This document shows positions 39,225 through 49,372 of a stretch of 57,607 nt of DNA, one piece after another. A program made the translations under genes and the position numbers. Source of the stretch: an uncultured bacterium (lineage in GTDB: Bacteria; Bacteroidota; Bacteroidia; Sphingobacteriales; Sphingobacteriaceae); assembly GCA_903951325.1 (NCBI GenBank), contig CAJBBN010000088.1, forward strand, positions 1-57,607. The letters run 5' to 3'. Under the pieces are notes generated by a model. The model saw nothing but the letters and a program-made list of their open reading frames with translations. It was not told the DNA's origin and searched no databases. Numbering within the stretch: position 1 is the stretch's first letter; every line of letters starts with the position of its first letter.

Positions 39225-39381
39225 ATTGGTGCCATGCTGTCACACTTATAGCCAAATAAATAGATAAAAAGGCTTTTAAAAATGAAAATTTGTCGCTTTT
39301 TGCCAATATTTCAAAAAAAATAGACTTGGCACAGCTTGTGATAGATAGGAGTAAATTGTAAAACTTTTAATTATAAAAAAT

Positions 39382-39657
39382 ATGGGAATTAGTATTAAAC
39401 CAATTGCAGATAGAGTGGTAATATTACCAGCACCTGCAGAAGAAAAAACAGCTTCAGGAATTTTTATTCCAGATACTGCAAAAGAAAAACCTCAAAGAGG
39501 CACAGTTGTAGCAGTAGGCGATGGTAAAAAAGAAGAGCCTATAACGGTTAAAGTTGGCGACGAAGTTTTATACGGAAAGTATGCTGGTACGGAAATTACT
39601 TACGAAGGAAAAGAATATTTAATCATGCGCGAGTCTGATATTTACGCAATTATTTAA
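39382..39657 (+). CDS. groES: Co-chaperonin GroES
   Basis: The 91-aa sequence [10 protein letters not shown]......[25 protein letters not shown] is canonical. Confidence 0.97.
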   Translation: MGISIKPIADRVVILPAPAEEKTASGIFIPDTAKEKPQRGTVVAVGDGKKEEPITVKVGDEVLYGKYAGTEITYEGKEYLIMRESDIYAII

Positions 39658-39670
39658 TTAAACGATATAA

Positions 39671-41329
<1,659 letters not shown>

Positions 41330-41342
41330 GTCAAACACCAAT

Positions 41343-41396
41343 ATTCAAAACAAAAAAAGTCCTCATCAAAAGATGAGGACTTTTTTTGTTTTGAAT
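41343..41396. terminator. Long perfect palindrome serving as a bidirectional terminator
   Basis: ATTCAAAACAAAAAAAGTCCTCATC, loop AAAA, GATGAGGACTTTTTTTGTTTTGAAT. The GC core stem is 41359-41367 / 41372-41380, with A/T runs on both sides. Lies between the convergent groL and a lipoprotein gene. Confidence 0.75.
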
Positions 41397-41405
41397 AATT
41401 TCAAA

Positions 41406-41990
41406 TTATAAAACTACTCTAACGTTAAAACTAATTTTTGCTTTAACATATGTTTTAGTATTAATGCTAGTGTTTACACCACCTGTTAATTTAACTTTGA
41501 AGCTTGGTTTAGCAAGGTAAGGTACAATGTTCACTGCTGTTGTATCTACTGCTAAGTAAATTGATGAGGTGTTTTGCGGCACTGGATTTAATGAAGCAAT
41601 ATTCTGAAACAAAGCACCAACAGTGTCGTTTGCAATGGCAGCAGTCATTTTGTTTAGTGCATTAAAGTTTCCACCAGGTAAAGTATTTCCTGCAGAATCT
41701 ACCATGGTTAATTTTAATTCAGTTAATGTTATTGATTCTAAGTAATCTCTATCTGCATCATTCGCAGCTAAAATAGAATCAAGATTAGATACAATCACAC
41801 CTGAAGTGTCTAAAGCACCAGTACTATCTACTTGGTCAAATTCAAATCTCGCTTCTTGAGAATAAGGGATGGTTACTGTAACACCTAAGTCTCCGCAAGA
41901 AACTAAAAAGGTAGATCCTAATAAGATCGTTCCAGCAATTAGGCTATGGAATAAATTTTTTTTCATTTTATTTTGGTTTTTTAATAACAC
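41406..41990 (-). CDS. Hypothetical lipoprotein
   Basis: Signal peptide with lipobox FLVSCGD. Beta-rich and T/N/V-rich. No family recognised. Confidence 0.55.
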   Translation of the reverse strand: MLLKNQNKMKKNLFHSLIAGTILLGSTFLVSCGDLGVTVTIPYSQEARFEFDQVDSTGALDTSGVIVSNLDSILAANDADRDYLESITLTELKLTMVDSAGNTLPGGNFNALNKMTAAIANDTVGALFQNIASLNPVPQNTSSIYLAVDTTAVNIVPYLAKPSFKVKLTGGVNTSINTKTYVKAKISFNVRVVL

Positions 41991-42047
41991 GTTAATGCTA
42001 CAAAGTTAAGTATATTTTTTTTCTGCAAAGAAAATCTGCAAAGAAAT

Positions 42048-43181
42048 CTACTGAGCCAATTCGTTTACATACTGAATCACTTCTAAAGGCTGATTATCAA
42101 CTATTTTAGCCCCTCTTTTTTTGCCTAAACGCACAATAATGGTGTTTTTACTAGGCACCACCACTATGTATTGGCCTAAAATACCCCTGCAATAAAAAGC
42201 TGGGTAATTTGCATTTTTCAGCACCCACCATTGGTAACCATAATAATCGGTTTTATTTCCGTTTTCATCGTTTAATCCATTGGACGATATAGATTGATTT
42301 ACCCAATTACTATCCACAAGTTGTTGTGTTTCCCAACGCCCTTTTTGTAAATATAATTTTCCAATCCTTGCAAAATCACGGGCATTACTATAAAAACAAC
42401 AGAAGGCTTTTTCGTCACCATCGGCATGATCAATACTCCATTTTGCATCGTGCTCCGCTCCAATTTTTGACCATAATTTTTCGGATGCATATGCCGAATT
42501 TGATTTTCCAGTAGCAGCGCTCAACACTAATCCTAACAATTGGGTATCTCCACTTTTATATTTAAACTCAACGCCTGCAGGCTTTTCGGCCTTTAACGAA
42601 TACATCAATTTTCTTAAATTATTTCCGTAATAAGCATCCGTAGTTTGGTTAATAGGTGTTGCATAAGATTCATGAAAGTTTAAACCGGACGCCATTCTTA
42701 ATAAATCTTCGATAGTTATTTTTGCTAATTCTCCATTTGCATATTCGGGAATATATTTACCAACTGGATCTTTTACACTTGAAATTTTTCCTTCATCAAT
42801 AGCTACGCCAACTAAAATACTGATGATGCTTTTTGCCATTGAAAAAGAATTAGAGTAGGAGCTATCACTGTATCCATTCCAATATTCTTCATAACAAAGA
42901 GAATCGTTTTTTATTACCAAAAAAGCAACGGTTTCCCCTGTTTGCAGGGTTTTTCTTAATGAATCTGATAGCGGCTTTTTGTTTTTATCAATGGAAACTA
43001 GCCAAGGACTGCGCTGCCCTATGTTTGGAACGGCGCGGTATTCAAAAATAGCTAAATCGTCTATGTTGGCTTGTAAGTGTAAAAGCGCTTTGTAAATATA
43101 AGTGTTGCCTGTTGCCCAAATAGTCAAATTTGCAATCAATAAAAAAGCAATACTAAATTGAATAATTTTCTTCTTCTTCAT
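42048..43181 (-). CDS. Serine hydrolase of the beta-lactamase / PBP4*-AmpH-like family
   Basis: N-terminal hydrophobic anchor, an S-x-x-K motif (FSMAKS) and a later YSN-like/HxG region. The start overlaps the lipB stop by 1 nt. Confidence 0.75.
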   Translation of the reverse strand: MKKKKIIQFSIAFLLIANLTIWATGNTYIYKALLHLQANIDDLAIFEYRAVPNIGQRSPWLVSIDKNKKPLSDSLRKTLQTGETVAFLVIKNDSLCYEEYWNGYSDSSYSNSFSMAKSIISILVGVAIDEGKISSVKDPVGKYIPEYANGELAKITIEDLLRMASGLNFHESYATPINQTTDAYYGNNLRKLMYSLKAEKPAGVEFKYKSGDTQLLGLVLSAATGKSNSAYASEKLWSKIGAEHDAKWSIDHADGDEKAFCCFYSNARDFARIGKLYLQKGRWETQQLVDSNWVNQSISSNGLNDENGNKTDYYGYQWWVLKNANYPAFYCRGILGQYIVVVPSKNTIIVRLGKKRGAKIVDNQPLEVIQYVNELAQ

Positions 43182-43909
43182 TATTTGTTAATGTCCATGT
43201 TAAACAATTCTGCTAAATGTTGTATTAATTTTAATTTTACGAATTCTATATTTACTTTCTCGCCAAGTTCTGCTTCCATCGAAGTAACCGCTTTATCGTC
43301 AATTCCACAAGGAATAATATTTTTAAAATCCGCTAAATTGGTGTTGACATTAAATGCAAATCCATGCATGGTTACCCATCGGCTACAACGAACACCCATG
43401 GCACAAATTTTTCTTGCTTTAAAAGGGTTGTCACTCTCTAACCATACGCCAGTTTGGCCTTCAGACCTACCAGCTGTAATTTTGTAATCTGCTAAAGTTA
43501 ATATTACTGCCTCCTCTAAGAGTCTTAAATATTTATGAATATCTGTAAAAAAATAATCTAAATTTAAAATCGGATAACCAACTAATTGTCCTGGTCCGTG
43601 ATAGGTAATATCGCCTCCCCTATTGATTTTATAAAATTTTGCATGATTGTCAAGTAAACCTTTTTCATCTAACAGCAAGTGTTCTATTTTACCACTTTTT
43701 CCTAAAGTATAAACAGCTGGGTGTTCACAAAAAATCAAATAATTTTTGGTGATAATTTCGGTGTTGTTGGTTCGATTAGCAGATTTAATATTTACAATTT
43801 CTGAAAACAAAGCTTCTTGTTTATCCCAAGCTTCTTGGTAATCTATCGTGCCCCAGTCTTGGAATTCGACCCGTATTTTTTTTGTTTCAGATGATATTAA
43901 ATCTTGCAT
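43181..43909 (-). CDS. lipB: Lipoyl(octanoyl) transferase
   Basis: NRGGDITYHGPGQLVGYPIL, RKICAMGV (catalytic Cys/Lys region) and HGFAFNV. Confidence 0.9.
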   Translation of the reverse strand: MQDLISSETKKIRVEFQDWGTIDYQEAWDKQEALFSEIVNIKSANRTNNTEIITKNYLIFCEHPAVYTLGKSGKIEHLLLDEKGLLDNHAKFYKINRGGDITYHGPGQLVGYPILNLDYFFTDIHKYLRLLEEAVILTLADYKITAGRSEGQTGVWLESDNPFKARKICAMGVRCSRWVTMHGFAFNVNTNLADFKNIIPCGIDDKAVTSMEAELGEKVNIEFVKLKLIQHLAELFNMDINK

Positions 43910-43965
43910 AAAAGCAATTGATGGTAAGCCTCAAAGTTACAAACTTTATAGATTGAATAAACCAC

Positions 43966-44322
43966 ATGGCTTTACATAATGATTTTGGAAAAGAAGGAGA
44001 ACGAATAGCCAAGGACTATTTAATAAAGGCGGGATATCAGGTATTAGCAGAAAATTTTCAATTTAGTCATGTTGAAATAGACCTTATTGTTCGCAAAGGA
44101 AACGAATTAATTTTTGTGGAAGTAAAATCAAGGGGAAGCGCCAAATACGGTTACCCCGAAAACTTTGTGAATAAAGAAAAGCGAAAATATCTTAAAAGGG
44201 CTGCAAGGGCATATTTAGCTACTGTTTCGCATCGAGGAGAAGTGCGATTCGACATCATCGCCATTTTAAAAGAAAATCAAATATTCAAAGAATTACAACA
44301 TTTCGAAGACGCTTTTTTTTAA
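43966..44322 (+). CDS. YraN family (UPF0102) endonuclease-like protein
   Basis: 118 aa. GEGERIAKDYL...GY.VLAENF......EIDLI......L.FVEVKSR.....G.P matches the YraN pattern. Confidence 0.85.
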   Translation: MALHNDFGKEGERIAKDYLIKAGYQVLAENFQFSHVEIDLIVRKGNELIFVEVKSRGSAKYGYPENFVNKEKRKYLKRAARAYLATVSHRGEVRFDIIAILKENQIFKELQHFEDAFF

Positions 44323-44365
44323 GATATTAATTCGGGTCGGTAATTCACAATGTCAATCAATTTCT

Positions 44366-44373
44366 TATTTTTG
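44366..44373 (+). promoter_or_regulatory. Candidate -7 promoter box (TAnnTTTG) for prfB
   Basis: TATTTTTG ends 4 nt before the prfB ATG, which implies a very short or absent leader. Confidence 0.3.
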
Positions 44374-44377
44374 TAGT

Positions 44378-45455
44378 ATGACCAACGAACAAATCAAAGA
44401 TTTAAGAGATCGAATTACATCTCTGAGGAGGCATCTTTGACATCGATCAAAAATTAATCGAAATTGAGCAAGAACTGGCAAAAACAGTTGCAGCAGATTT
44501 TTGGGAAGACCAAAAAGTAGCAGAGAAAATCTTACATCAAATTAAAGCCAAAAAAGTTTGGACCGAAGCCTTTACGCTAGTAAATGCAACAGTCGAAGAT
44601 ACGGTTGTGCTTTACGAATTCTATAAAGACGGCGCGGTGCAAGAGCCCGAAATGCTTAGCCAGATGGGCGTTGCTTGGAAAGCACTCGACGAATTAGAAT
44701 TTAAAAACATGTTGAGTGGAGAAGAAGATCAACTCAACGCAGTGCTGACTATCAACGCAGGCGCAGGTGGAACAGAGAGCTGCGATTGGGCAGCAATGCT
44801 TATGCGCATGTATATTATGTGGGGCGAAAAAAATGGGTATCAAGTAAAAGAAATAGATTATCAAGCTGGAGAAGGCGCAGGTATTAAATCTTGCACATTA
44901 GAGTTTGAAGGCGCATTTACTTACGGCTATTTAAAAGGTGAATCGGGTGTGCATCGATTGGTTAGAATTTCGCCCTTCGATTCGAATGCACGCAGACACA
45001 CTTCTTTTGCTTCGGTATATGTATATCCTTTGGTAGATGATTCGATTCAAATTGATATTAACTTAGCAGATGTAAGTTGGGATACTTTTAGAGCGGGCGG
45101 CAAAGGCGGACAAAATGTAAATAAAGTAGAAACAGCCGTTCGTTTAAAACACGCACCTTCTGGTATTATCATAGAATGTCAACAAGAGCGTTCGCAAAAT
45201 CAGAATAAAGAAAAAGCTTTAAAAATGTTAAAGTCCCAATTATACGAATTGGAATTGCGCAAGAAAAACGAAGCCAAACAAGCCGTAGAAAGCACTAAAA
45301 AGAAGATAGAATGGGGTTCTCAAATTAGGAACTATGTGCTTCACCCTTATAAATTAGTAAAAGACCTTAGAACAAACATGGAAACCTCTAATGCTCAAGG
45401 AGTTTTAGATGGAGAATTGAATCCGTTCATTAAGGCTTATCTAATGGAATTTTAA
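44378..45455 (+). CDS. prfB: Peptide chain release factor 2, expressed through a programmed +1 frameshift: join(44378..44437,44439..45455)
   Basis: Frame 0 reads [20 protein letters not shown] and then TGA at 44438. Skipping T44438 continues as [15 protein letters not shown]..., in frame with the track ORF at 44607. The SPF tripeptide (RISPFDS) and GGQ motif ([10 protein letters not shown]) are present. Confidence 0.92.
44426..44441 (+). promoter_or_regulatory. RF2 autoregulatory +1 frameshift site
   Basis: An internal Shine-Dalgarno-like AGGAGG (44426-44431) is followed by CAT and then the slippery CTT TGA C (44435-44441). This is the same layout as the classical E. coli prfB site. Confidence 0.9.
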
Positions 45456-45521
45456 AAGAAATAAAAAATTGATACTTATGCGCAGGCATAGTATATTTAA
45501 CCATAATTAATTCGATACGTT

Positions 45522-46640
45522 TTGAAAATCTGTGTACCCAAAGAAAATAAAGAGCGCGAAAATCGTGTGGCTTTAACACCCTCGGTGGTGAAACAATTAA
45601 CATCAGCAGGCTACGAAGTTTGTGTAGAAACTGGAGCTGGTTTAAAATCTTATTTTGATGACGCAAGCTATCAAGAAGCAGGAGCAAGCATTCTAGCGGA
45701 TACGCAAAAAATATATGCAGATGCAGATGTGATTTTAAAAGTGAATGCACCTATTGCAGCAGAAATAGCGAGCATGAAAAAAGAGGCAGTTTTAATTTCG
45801 TTTATGTGGGCAGCCACCAATCCAGCATTGGTAGATTCATGTGCAAGTGCAGGCATTTCTGCTTTTTCGATGGATGCCGTACCGCGTATTTCTCGTGCAC
45901 AAAAAATGGACGCCTTAAGTTCTCAAGCAAATTTAGCAGGCTATAAAGCAGTGCTAATGGCTGCTAACGAAATAGGCAAAATTTTACCCATGATGACCAC
46001 TGCTGCAGGTACAATTCGCCCTTCCAAGGTGTTAATTTTTGGAGCGGGAGTAGCTGGACTTCAAGCAATTGCAACTGCTAAAAGGTTAGGAGCGGTAGTA
46101 GAAGTAAGTGATATTCGCCCAGAAACAAAAGAACAAGTAGCCTCATTAGGCGGTAAATTCATTGAAGTAAAAAGCGATGACAGTATAAAAATGGAAGGCG
46201 GATATGTTAAAGGTGTTTCAGATGAATTTCTGAAAATGCAACAAGAGCTTGTTTCGAAACATATAAAAGAAGCCGACATTGTAATTACAACTGCCTTAAT
46301 ACCCGGAAAAAAAGCGCCGGTATTGGTTACCGAAGAAATGGTTGCAAGTATGAAATTTGGCTCGGTTATTTTAGATATGGCTGTTGAACAAGGCGGCAAT
46401 GTAATCGGAAGCGAAATCAATAAAACAATTCAAAAAAATGGCGTAACCATAATTGGCGAAAGCAATATTCCAAGTTTGTTGCCAATGAACGCAAGTGAAC
46501 TTTATGCTAAAAACATACAAACGCTTTTAGTGCATTTAGCAAGTAACGAAAAGTTTAATTGGGATTTAGCAGAAGACATTACCAAAGGTTCATTAATTGT
46601 TCATAACGGAACACCCGTTCATCCATCAATTCTTAAATAA
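45522..46640 (+). CDS. pntAA: NAD(P) transhydrogenase subunit alpha part 1 (dI)
   Basis: TTG start. MKICVPKE...RVALTP, a Rossmann motif (GAGVAGLQAIATAKRLGA) and alanine-dehydrogenase/PNT-like N- and C-domains. Confidence 0.88.
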   Translation: MKICVPKENKERENRVALTPSVVKQLTSAGYEVCVETGAGLKSYFDDASYQEAGASILADTQKIYADADVILKVNAPIAAEIASMKKEAVLISFMWAATNPALVDSCASAGISAFSMDAVPRISRAQKMDALSSQANLAGYKAVLMAANEIGKILPMMTTAAGTIRPSKVLIFGAGVAGLQAIATAKRLGAVVEVSDIRPETKEQVASLGGKFIEVKSDDSIKMEGGYVKGVSDEFLKMQQELVSKHIKEADIVITTALIPGKKAPVLVTEEMVASMKFGSVILDMAVEQGGNVIGSEINKTIQKNGVTIIGESNIPSLLPMNASELYAKNIQTLLVHLASNEKFNWDLAEDITKGSLIVHNGTPVHPSILK

Positions 46641-46648
46641 AAATAATC

Positions 46649-46954
46649 ATGGAACAGATATTATCATTTATTAGTACACATCGAGAGATGATTTACTTTA
46701 TCATATTAGCCGTTTTTGTTGGTGTAGAAGTAATCGGACATGTGCCCTCTGTATTGCATACCCCGCTTATGTCTGGCGCAAACGCAATTCACGGAGTTGT
46801 TGTTGTGGGTGCAATTATTGTTATGCTAGATACCGACGCAAGCAATTATATTTCCTTAACACTCGGAACAGTTGCAGTTATACTTGGAACCTTAAATGTT
46901 GTTGGAGGTTTTGTAGTTACCGACAGAATGCTAGATATGTTTAAAAAGAAATAA
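46649..46954 (+). CDS. pntAB: NAD(P) transhydrogenase subunit alpha part 2 (membrane dII-a)
   Basis: 101 aa with three hydrophobic helices and the HTPLMSGANAI.G motif. Confidence 0.85.
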   Translation: MEQILSFISTHREMIYFIILAVFVGVEVIGHVPSVLHTPLMSGANAIHGVVVVGAIIVMLDTDASNYISLTLGTVAVILGTLNVVGGFVVTDRMLDMFKKK

Positions 46955-46972
46955 ATCTCAAAGAAAATTATT

Positions 46973-48367
46973 ATGACACAATATATATTAGAAATAGCTT
47001 ACCTCATTGCATCCATTACTTTTATTATTGGATTAAAAATGATGAGTAATCCTAAAAAAGCAAGACAAGGAAATTTAATTGCAGCTGCCGGAATGACGAT
47101 TGCTATTATCGGCACCATTTTTCTTTATTCCAAAGAAGGACTTACTTCTCGCGATAATATTAAAATGATTTTAATTTTTGGCGGTATTGCTGCTGGTACC
47201 ATTATTGGCTGGTTAACTGCTAAAAAAGTACAAATGACAAAAATGCCAGAATTGGTATCTATGTTTAATGGTATGGGTGGTGCATGTGCGGCTTTAATTG
47301 GTTTAATGGAGTTTCACCACAGCGTAGGCCAAACCTCTACCATGATAACGGTTTTAGCGGGTATGATTATTGGTAGCGTTTCTTTTTCGGGTAGTATTAT
47401 TGCCTACCTTAAATTAAATGGCGCCATGGCAAAACCGATTCGTTTGCCAAAATATAATATCATCAATACCATTGTGATGTTTGCTTTATTTGCTTTTGCA
47501 GCTTATGTTGTAGTAAGCGGAACAGATAGCAGTACAATGTTATATTTATTATTTGCAGCTGCATTATTTTACGGAATATTATTTGTGATTCCAATTGGCG
47601 GAGCAGATATGCCGGTTGTTATTTCATTATTGAATTCTTTTACAGGTTTAGCTGCTGCCTTCGGTGGATTTTTATACGACAATAAAGTAATGTTAACAGG
47701 TGGTATTTTAGTAGGATCTGCCGGAACATTATTAACCATTGTAATGTGTAAAGCAATGAATCGTTCTTTGTTTAGTGTAATTTTTGGATCCTTTGGAGGC
47801 ACTACTGCTGCTGCAGATGGAGCCGAAGTAGCGGGTTCAATTAAAGATATATCTACAACCGATGTGGCGGTATTAATGAATTATTCGAAGCGAGTAGTGA
47901 TTGTGCCTGGTTATGGTTTAGCCGTAGCACAAGCACAACATATTATTCATGAATTAGAATTATTATTAGAAGAGCGTGGCGTGGAAGTGAAGTACGCTAT
48001 CCATCCGGTTGCAGGTCGTATGCCAGGGCATATGAATGTTTTATTAGCCGAATCAAATGTTGATTATGGTAAGATGGTAGAGATGGACGAAATCAATTCG
48101 GAATTTGAACAAACAGATGTGGTGTTAGTTGTCGGTGCAAATGACGTAGTAAACCCAGCTGCTAAAACAGATCCGAGTTCGCCAATTTATGGTATGCCAA
48201 TTTTAGATGTAGAAAAAGCGAAGCATATTATTGTAAACAAACGCTCTATGAGTGCTGGTTATGCTGGCATTGAGAACTTATTGTTTTACGATCCAAAAAC
48301 AAGCATGTTTTTTGGAGATGCTAAAAAAGCATTAACAGCTTTAGTAGCAGAATTAAAAACAATGTAA
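46973..48367 (+). CDS. pntB: NAD(P) transhydrogenase subunit beta
   Basis: Multi-TM N-terminal part, then a C-terminal dIII domain (PGYGLAVAQAQH, HPVAGRMPGHMNVLLAE, GANDVVNPAA). Confidence 0.92.
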   Translation: MTQYILEIAYLIASITFIIGLKMMSNPKKARQGNLIAAAGMTIAIIGTIFLYSKEGLTSRDNIKMILIFGGIAAGTIIGWLTAKKVQMTKMPELVSMFNGMGGACAALIGLMEFHHSVGQTSTMITVLAGMIIGSVSFSGSIIAYLKLNGAMAKPIRLPKYNIINTIVMFALFAFAAYVVVSGTDSSTMLYLLFAAALFYGILFVIPIGGADMPVVISLLNSFTGLAAAFGGFLYDNKVMLTGGILVGSAGTLLTIVMCKAMNRSLFSVIFGSFGGTTAAADGAEVAGSIKDISTTDVAVLMNYSKRVVIVPGYGLAVAQAQHIIHELELLLEERGVEVKYAIHPVAGRMPGHMNVLLAESNVDYGKMVEMDEINSEFEQTDVVLVVGANDVVNPAAKTDPSSPIYGMPILDVEKAKHIIVNKRSMSAGYAGIENLLFYDPKTSMFFGDAKKALTALVAELKTM

Positions 48368-48387
48368 TAACATTTAAATATTTCCAA

Positions 48388-48420
48388 CAACAAATTCTTG
48401 CCCTAAGCAAGAATTTGTTG
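48388..48420 (+). terminator. Rho-independent terminator after pntB
   Basis: Perfect 14-bp stem CAACAAATTCTTGC / GCAAGAATTTGTTG with loop CCTAA, followed by TTTAT. Confidence 0.7.
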
Positions 48421-48439
48421 TTTATAGCCAATTATAAAT

Positions 48440-49372
48440 TTGAAAAAACTATTTTTTTTATTTTTTATTTTACAAAATACTTTTGTGTTTGCACAAAGTA
48501 AGAAGCAAATTTTTTCAGACACCTTGCGTTCTGTTAATATTGATTCGGCCATGGCAATTACTGCAAAAAGGGGGTTGACTATAAATGATTTTACCTCGGT
48601 GATGCTCCAAGACACCTTTTTTTATAAGGCATTTAAAGCCTTAAAGCATTATACTTTTATTGCGGAAAATAAAATTAAAACTTATGATGAAGCGCAAAAA
48701 CAAACAGGAAAAATTTATCGAAAAATAAAACACGTGAACGAAGGGATTCGATATCACCAAGAGTTGATCGAAAAAAAAGACAGTGGCCGAGTGACAAAAT
48801 ATAATGGCGATTTTGATCTATTTACTGTTCGTATGTTTTCGTATATTTTTATGAATGAAAAAAACACGGATTTTTTAGCAGATAAAAAAGTAACCAAAAA
48901 AGAATCGGATGAGGAAGCGTATAAAGAGAAATTAAAAACTTTACTATTTACACCAGGCAAACCCGTAAAAGGCGTGCCGCTGATAAGTGATAAAACAGCT
49001 ATTTTTAGTCCCGACTTAGCAAAGTATTACCAATACAGTTTTTATTATGCAACATACCAAGGGGACATACCGGTGTATTATTTTAAATGTAAATTAAAAG
49101 AAGGCATTAGCTGGTGGAACAAAGACGACACGATGATAAAAGAGCTCACCACTATTTTTGATGCTAAAAACATGAAAATTTTAGGCAGGTATATCGACAT
49201 GGCATACAATTCCATTCCTTTCGATTTTCATGTAAAAATGAACATAGAATTGAGTTATTTAAATGATGAAACACTGGTTCCCACCCATATTTCTTATGAT
49301 GGAGACTGGGATATACCATTTAAAAAAAGAGAAATCTGTACCTTTGACATTAAACATTATAACTTTAACTAA
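48440..49372 (+). CDS. Hypothetical secreted protein
   Basis: TTG start. Signal peptide KKLFFLFFILQNTFVFAQ. No family recognised. The stop overlaps the dnaG ATG (TAATG). Confidence 0.55.
   Translation: MKKLFFLFFILQNTFVFAQSKKQIFSDTLRSVNIDSAMAITAKRGLTINDFTSVMLQDTFFYKAFKALKHYTFIAENKIKTYDEAQKQTGKIYRKIKHVNEGIRYHQELIEKKDSGRVTKYNGDFDLFTVRMFSYIFMNEKNTDFLADKKVTKKESDEEAYKEKLKTLLFTPGKPVKGVPLISDKTAIFSPDLAKYYQYSFYYATYQGDIPVYYFKCKLKEGISWWNKDDTMIKELTTIFDAKNMKILGRYIDMAYNSIPFDFHVKMNIELSYLNDETLVPTHISYDGDWDIPFKKREICTFDIKHYNFN

Noticed and set aside
39327-39340. A sigma-54-like TGGCAC element upstream of groES (TGGCACAGCTTGTG). It is tempting because a sigma-54 activator is encoded 2 kb upstream.
   Set aside because: The -12 element is missing. 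With the canonical 5-nt spacer the tetramer is GTGA, not TTGC. The nearest TTGT is only 3 nt from TGGCAC. Only the -24 half matches, so I do not call a sigma-54 promoter.
45430-46420. Minus-strand ORFs over the prfB end and pntAA (45430..45750, 45671..45856, 46061..46420).
   Set aside because: They are antisense to well-supported genes, with no motifs.
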